Below are positions 59,529-64,000 of a DNA stretch of 64,000 nt, piece after piece. The stretch covers positions 1,092,747-1,156,746 of the forward strand of contig SMSO01000037.1 of NCBI GenBank assembly GCA_004764695.1, written 5' to 3'. A program made the position numbers and the translations under genes. Positions within the stretch are counted from its first letter, which is position 1. Every line of letters starts with the position of its first letter. Origin of the DNA: Schizochytrium sp. TIO01. Its lineage: Eukaryota > Protista > Bigyra: Labyrinthulomycetes. The notes beneath the pieces are model-generated. The model had not been told where the DNA came from. It saw only the letters and a list, made by a program, of their open reading frames with translations, and made no database searches.

Positions 59529-62500
59529 CAAAGATGAGATAACTTATAATCATGTGCGCACAATAAATTCCTGCAATCTTAAAAAGTAGGTACTTCAATC
59601 ATGAGTTCTTCAAGTCGGTCGCCTGTGATTTGCTTTCTTTTCTTTCTTTCACAACCTAGTAGTTTTTCAATAGCAGAGCAAAACTATTGCTGTTTCATTC
59701 ATCACATAATCTATCGGAAATCATAGCGCTATTATTATTAACTTCGAATATCTGCCTACCTACCTACCTTACTTTCGGCATGCAGGAATCAGAATGAAAA
59801 CTGCAATAATCACGTCAATTCCTCTATTGGCAAAGTGCATCTCTTCTCGGAAAAACACGTCACAGAAAATGTCGCAGCTCCAAGAAGCGTGAGGCTCCAC
59901 ACGCACTCTCAACGTCGGGCGATTTTCAGCGGTGATAGTTTGGCTGGCTGCTGATAGGAAGTATGTGATACGCAGACATCTTGACGAGTAGAGGGTCGCC
60001 GCTTCAACACATCTTTCCTGCACAAAATAACCAACCAACCAACCTACCTACCTACCTATATTACATTTTTTCGCAAAGCAGGTGCAATGGCGCAGATGAC
60101 AGTTCGCAGGAAGGCTGCAAAAAGAGTTGCCCTGGCTGAATACAGGCACTCCCAACGGCGCAGGCACCGGACCAATGCCAGTGGAATCCGTGTTGAACCG
60201 TGCCAAAGTCAACCAGTAACGCGTTAAACACGAGTTTGAGCGTCTTGGTCCATCCACATACACTCCTCCATCCATCCATTGAAAATCGCCAAAGCCAGTG
60301 TTTTGTGCACCCCGGTTCGCCAACCCACGTCATTTCTTGAGACTGAGAAGGATCTCGCATTTCACCTGATTCTCAGCTGTTTCATGCCAGCGCTGAAGAA
60401 ACTAAATGTTGTTGTGTTGTGCACTGCTGCACTGCACTAAAGCACACCTTCAATCCATCATGCCAGCTTGCTTCACTTTGGCGCACTGCATATGAGCCAC
60501 TGTTTAATGCGAAAGCACTGCGAACCGCGTCGGGTGTAAGACCAGGCACGCCTAACTAATTTGAGACCAAGCCTTGGACGAATGGATGGCCGAAAGCACG
60601 GATTTCTCGAGACACGCATCGCTTCTCTGCTTCATCTTGTGGTGCGGGATTGGCGACTGATCTGTCAAGTGCGGGTTTTGTAAATTGCGAATGCATCCCG
60701 CCGTGGACATTTTCCCCGACCGGGGCATGCGTGCTTGCTTCAAATTTTACATCCTTGCAACTCCGGAAATGCTCCAAGCTCCGGGCCAAGCTCTTCGAGC
60801 CTGCATTACATTGCTCGAATTGTCAAATCGCAATCGGCACATTAATTGCCACAAAAACGGAGCATCTTCTCGGCGGTCCCAATCTTTCGAGTTTCTTTCT
60901 CCGCGCTTCTTACAGCGATGTCTTATGGAACCACAAGCATGTGCTTTCAACTTGGATCTTGGTTTGCGATACTGGTCAGCGCTACGTGATTTATCTTTCT
61001 TGATCTTGTAGTCGATCTCGGTGCAGGGTGTTTGTTACCACTGGCGGCGAGCGCTTCATGGCCATCCAATTTTGGTGTTGCAACAGAAGCAGGAAAAGTG
61101 CTTCACCACGGCCGCAACACCTTTATCTCTACCCTAGCTAGTGCAAGGCGAAATTAACAGCGAAATTAACAACGAAACAAACAATTAACGAAATAAATAA
61201 ATAAACAAATAAACATACATACATACAAATAAACAAACAAACCATCGCTTCCTCGCCGGAACAACTTCGCTCCTGGCTTTTGGTCCACTCCGCCACACAA
61301 GAAAACTTACAGATCAGGCGAAAACTTCCTCTCGAGACCACGAAGTAGGGACCACGATGGCTAAGGTATGCATGCATGCACGTCCTTGCAAGCTGCACAA
61401 CTAAGGAATAAACACATGACCAAGGACCGTGCTTACACGTGCCCCATTCATGAAGTCTGGTCGCGCTAATTTATATCAGCATTCATTCATTCATGCATTC
61501 ATTCATTCATTCATTCATTCATCATTTATTCCCGTGTTCATTGACGAGCAGAGTAGCGCCTGCCTACGGCAAAGCCTAGGAGTGGAGGGAAGGAAGCCTT
61601 TTCCATGTCTTCTCCAAAGTGCTTGTAAACTAGGCCTTGATTCTCCTACTTTGACAACCTTTCCGAGAGCGCCAGGACCTGAAGAAGCAGCAGCTCTGGA
61701 GCTGAGCCTAAGGTTTAGTCGCTGTCAACTTCAGACCCATGGAATCAGACCTTATCCATCGCAAACCTCCACTGCCACGAACTTCGGCGTCTTTTGCTAG
61801 TGAGTGTCCAGGCTCACCAGGACGAGAAGTTTGGACATAATAGTATTGGTAATATTATTTGCTTCTTCTTCTTCGTCTTCTTCTTCTTCTTCTATCGCTT
61901 CCTGTTTTATTCTCTTTTCTTTATTTTCTATTTTATTTCAAGGCCCTCTCAACTCTTCGAAAACCACCGGTTTTTCTTTCCCCCCTTTTTGCTTCTCCTC
62001 CACCTTACTGGAACATAACTGAGTGCTAGCTAGCCTGTAGTACAGCCTGTAGTACACCTTAATACGTTGCATACGTAACTATCATATATATATAATTACA
62101 TATGATTCATTTTATTTTTATTTTTATTTTTAATTAAAATTGATCTCGAATATTAATATATATACTACATGCGTATGTACAGATTTTTTTAGTTTTTTGT
62201 TACTTAGTCCTTCATAAACCACCTTGTTAGTATTTTTACTCTCTTTTAATTCAATTTTAATTCAACTATAATAATTAATAATTAATAATATTACTAATAC
62301 CGAACTATATATAGACTAATAGTTTTAGTTTGACTCAAAGAAACTGACCACCATAGTGTCAGTTAGGCCAAAGCCTCTTTTGTCTCAGGTATTCATTCAT
62401 TCATTCACTCATTCATTCCTCATTCATTCCTGCTCAACGTAAGAAAGAAAGCAGCCAAGCTGAAGCTGGAGACGGCGCCGCCTGCGAGCACGTGGCCTCC

Positions 62501-62827
62501 TGGCAGCCAGCCAGGCAGTCGGGAGGCGGCGTCGCGGCCAGCTCGCTGAGGTCTCGACTCGAGCTCGAAGCTGAAGCACAAAACGCGCGAAAAAGGCATT
62601 GCTTCTGCTTCTCGCTTCTCCCACATGCCCGAAAGGAGAGAGGGCGAGCGGGAGCGACTGGTAGAGTTTCGGATACGAGGACGCGGTTGGAGATGTCTGC
62701 TTAACCTAGAGAAGCGAAAGACAGGCCAAATAATATTTACGGAGGGCAGGTTTTGTTTATTCTTCTGTTCTATTGTCTTTGAGGAAAATAAATAGAGTAT
62801 TTGATTGATTGTTTTTAAGAGTAATTG

Positions 62828-62990
<163 letters not shown>

Positions 62991-63530
62991 GTATTCCTTT
63001 ATCATTAATGATGATAACATACCGTAAGATCACTTGACATGGTGGTAGCTTTGTTCATGAAAGGAAATAGGACAGAATGAACTCGAGAGCGAACTATCGC
63101 TGTGGAGTGGAGCACGGCATGGCTTGAGAGCTCAAGACAGGAAAGACAGGGAAAGCAAGAGGCGAGATCATTGAATGCAGAGAAAACTGCGGAGGCGAAA
63201 GGAGACGTGCAGGCGATAAGATAGTTTGTAGAACTGACCTTCGATCTGCTCCTAATGGGTCCTATGGAGATGCGTAATTGAAACTTCAGTTGAGATTTCA
63301 TGAGTTATGTAAGATAGTACGTAGTAGGCTTCTTTCTTAGTCTGGTGTGTAAGACGAGATCTTCAGCTTCTAGAGTTCTGGATGCTTTGGACCCTTGGCT
63401 AAGATTCACCAAGATAGGTTCCGCCCTTGCAACTGACGAGACCCCAATTCTAGGGTGGAGTGTTGCTGTGGTCAGAATAGAACTTCGTTTGTTTGTTCGG
63501 CATTGGAAACCATCGCTTCGTCGCTTGCAT

Positions 63531-63698
63531 TTATCGTAAAGGAGAAACTTCTGCCCCGGCGAGACACGATAACCACTGCTGCGTCTTATGCGCAGAATTA
63601 GCGAGAACAAGCAATTGCTCGAGTTCGCGATCTGCAAATGTAGACTCCGAGGAAACCTTGGAGTTCCTCTTTGGTATTGACAGCGATGTAGATGTAGC

Positions 63699-63730
<32 letters not shown>

Positions 63731-64000
63731 TTGTTGTCAACGATGATGATGAAGATGATGCCAATGTTGTTGCCAGTCCTGAGACTAGCCTCGCGCCAGT
63801 AGAACCTGGGACAATCCTGCTACCACTCCGGCTTTGGGAAAGTATCATTGCAGCTGTCAGAGCCGTAGACTGCTGTTCCCGAAGCAGCGTCATGCCCAGA
63901 TCTGCTCTCGTGCAACCGCCCATATCAAGTGCATCATCGTGGCACAAATTTGAGCGAGCTGCCAAAATGGGCCCAAAAAACCCTTCTGGCGAATCCAACG
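63531..64000 (-). other. Possible 3' end of a gene (or decayed ORF) entering from the right edge
   Basis: 155-codon open frame reaching the window edge with an S/T-rich tract; no recognisable motif. Confidence 0.3.

Noticed and set aside
59770-61100. Short ORFs including NALLVDFG (kinase DFG-like)
   Set aside because: No other kinase motifs in register; not distinguishable from chance

Overview
Eukaryotic, intron-poor nuclear DNA with abundant short tandem repeats; the gene content and style suggest a stramenopile protist, possibly a thraustochytrid (inference only). The first ~45 kb are gene-dense. In order they hold a class C (GABA-B-like) GPCR running off the left edge, a two-exon LYR-motif gene whose ~1 kb intron hosts a snoRNA cluster, glycerate kinase, TFIIH p52 (TFB2) and a 2OG-Fe(II) oxygenase-like protein. 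The snoRNA cluster has two near-identical U45/SNORD45-like C/D RNAs, a third C/D RNA and an H/ACA candidate. Next come MED9, an EF-hand protein, a 2-TM protein, ISWI, a chimeric tautomerase + piggyBac-type zinc-ribbon protein, snRNP27, a PPP phosphatase, UTP25 and a polyQ AP2-domain transcription factor. ISWI, the phosphatase and the AP2 gene are each split by small indels, most likely consensus errors. The last ~19 kb, upstream of the AP2 gene, are a microsatellite-rich gene desert with a GC-rich island. The most novel candidates are the tautomerase-zinc-ribbon fusion and the intronic snoRNA cluster with its (CCTAA)n telomere-like promoter array. All identifications come from motif recognition by eye; no searches were run.
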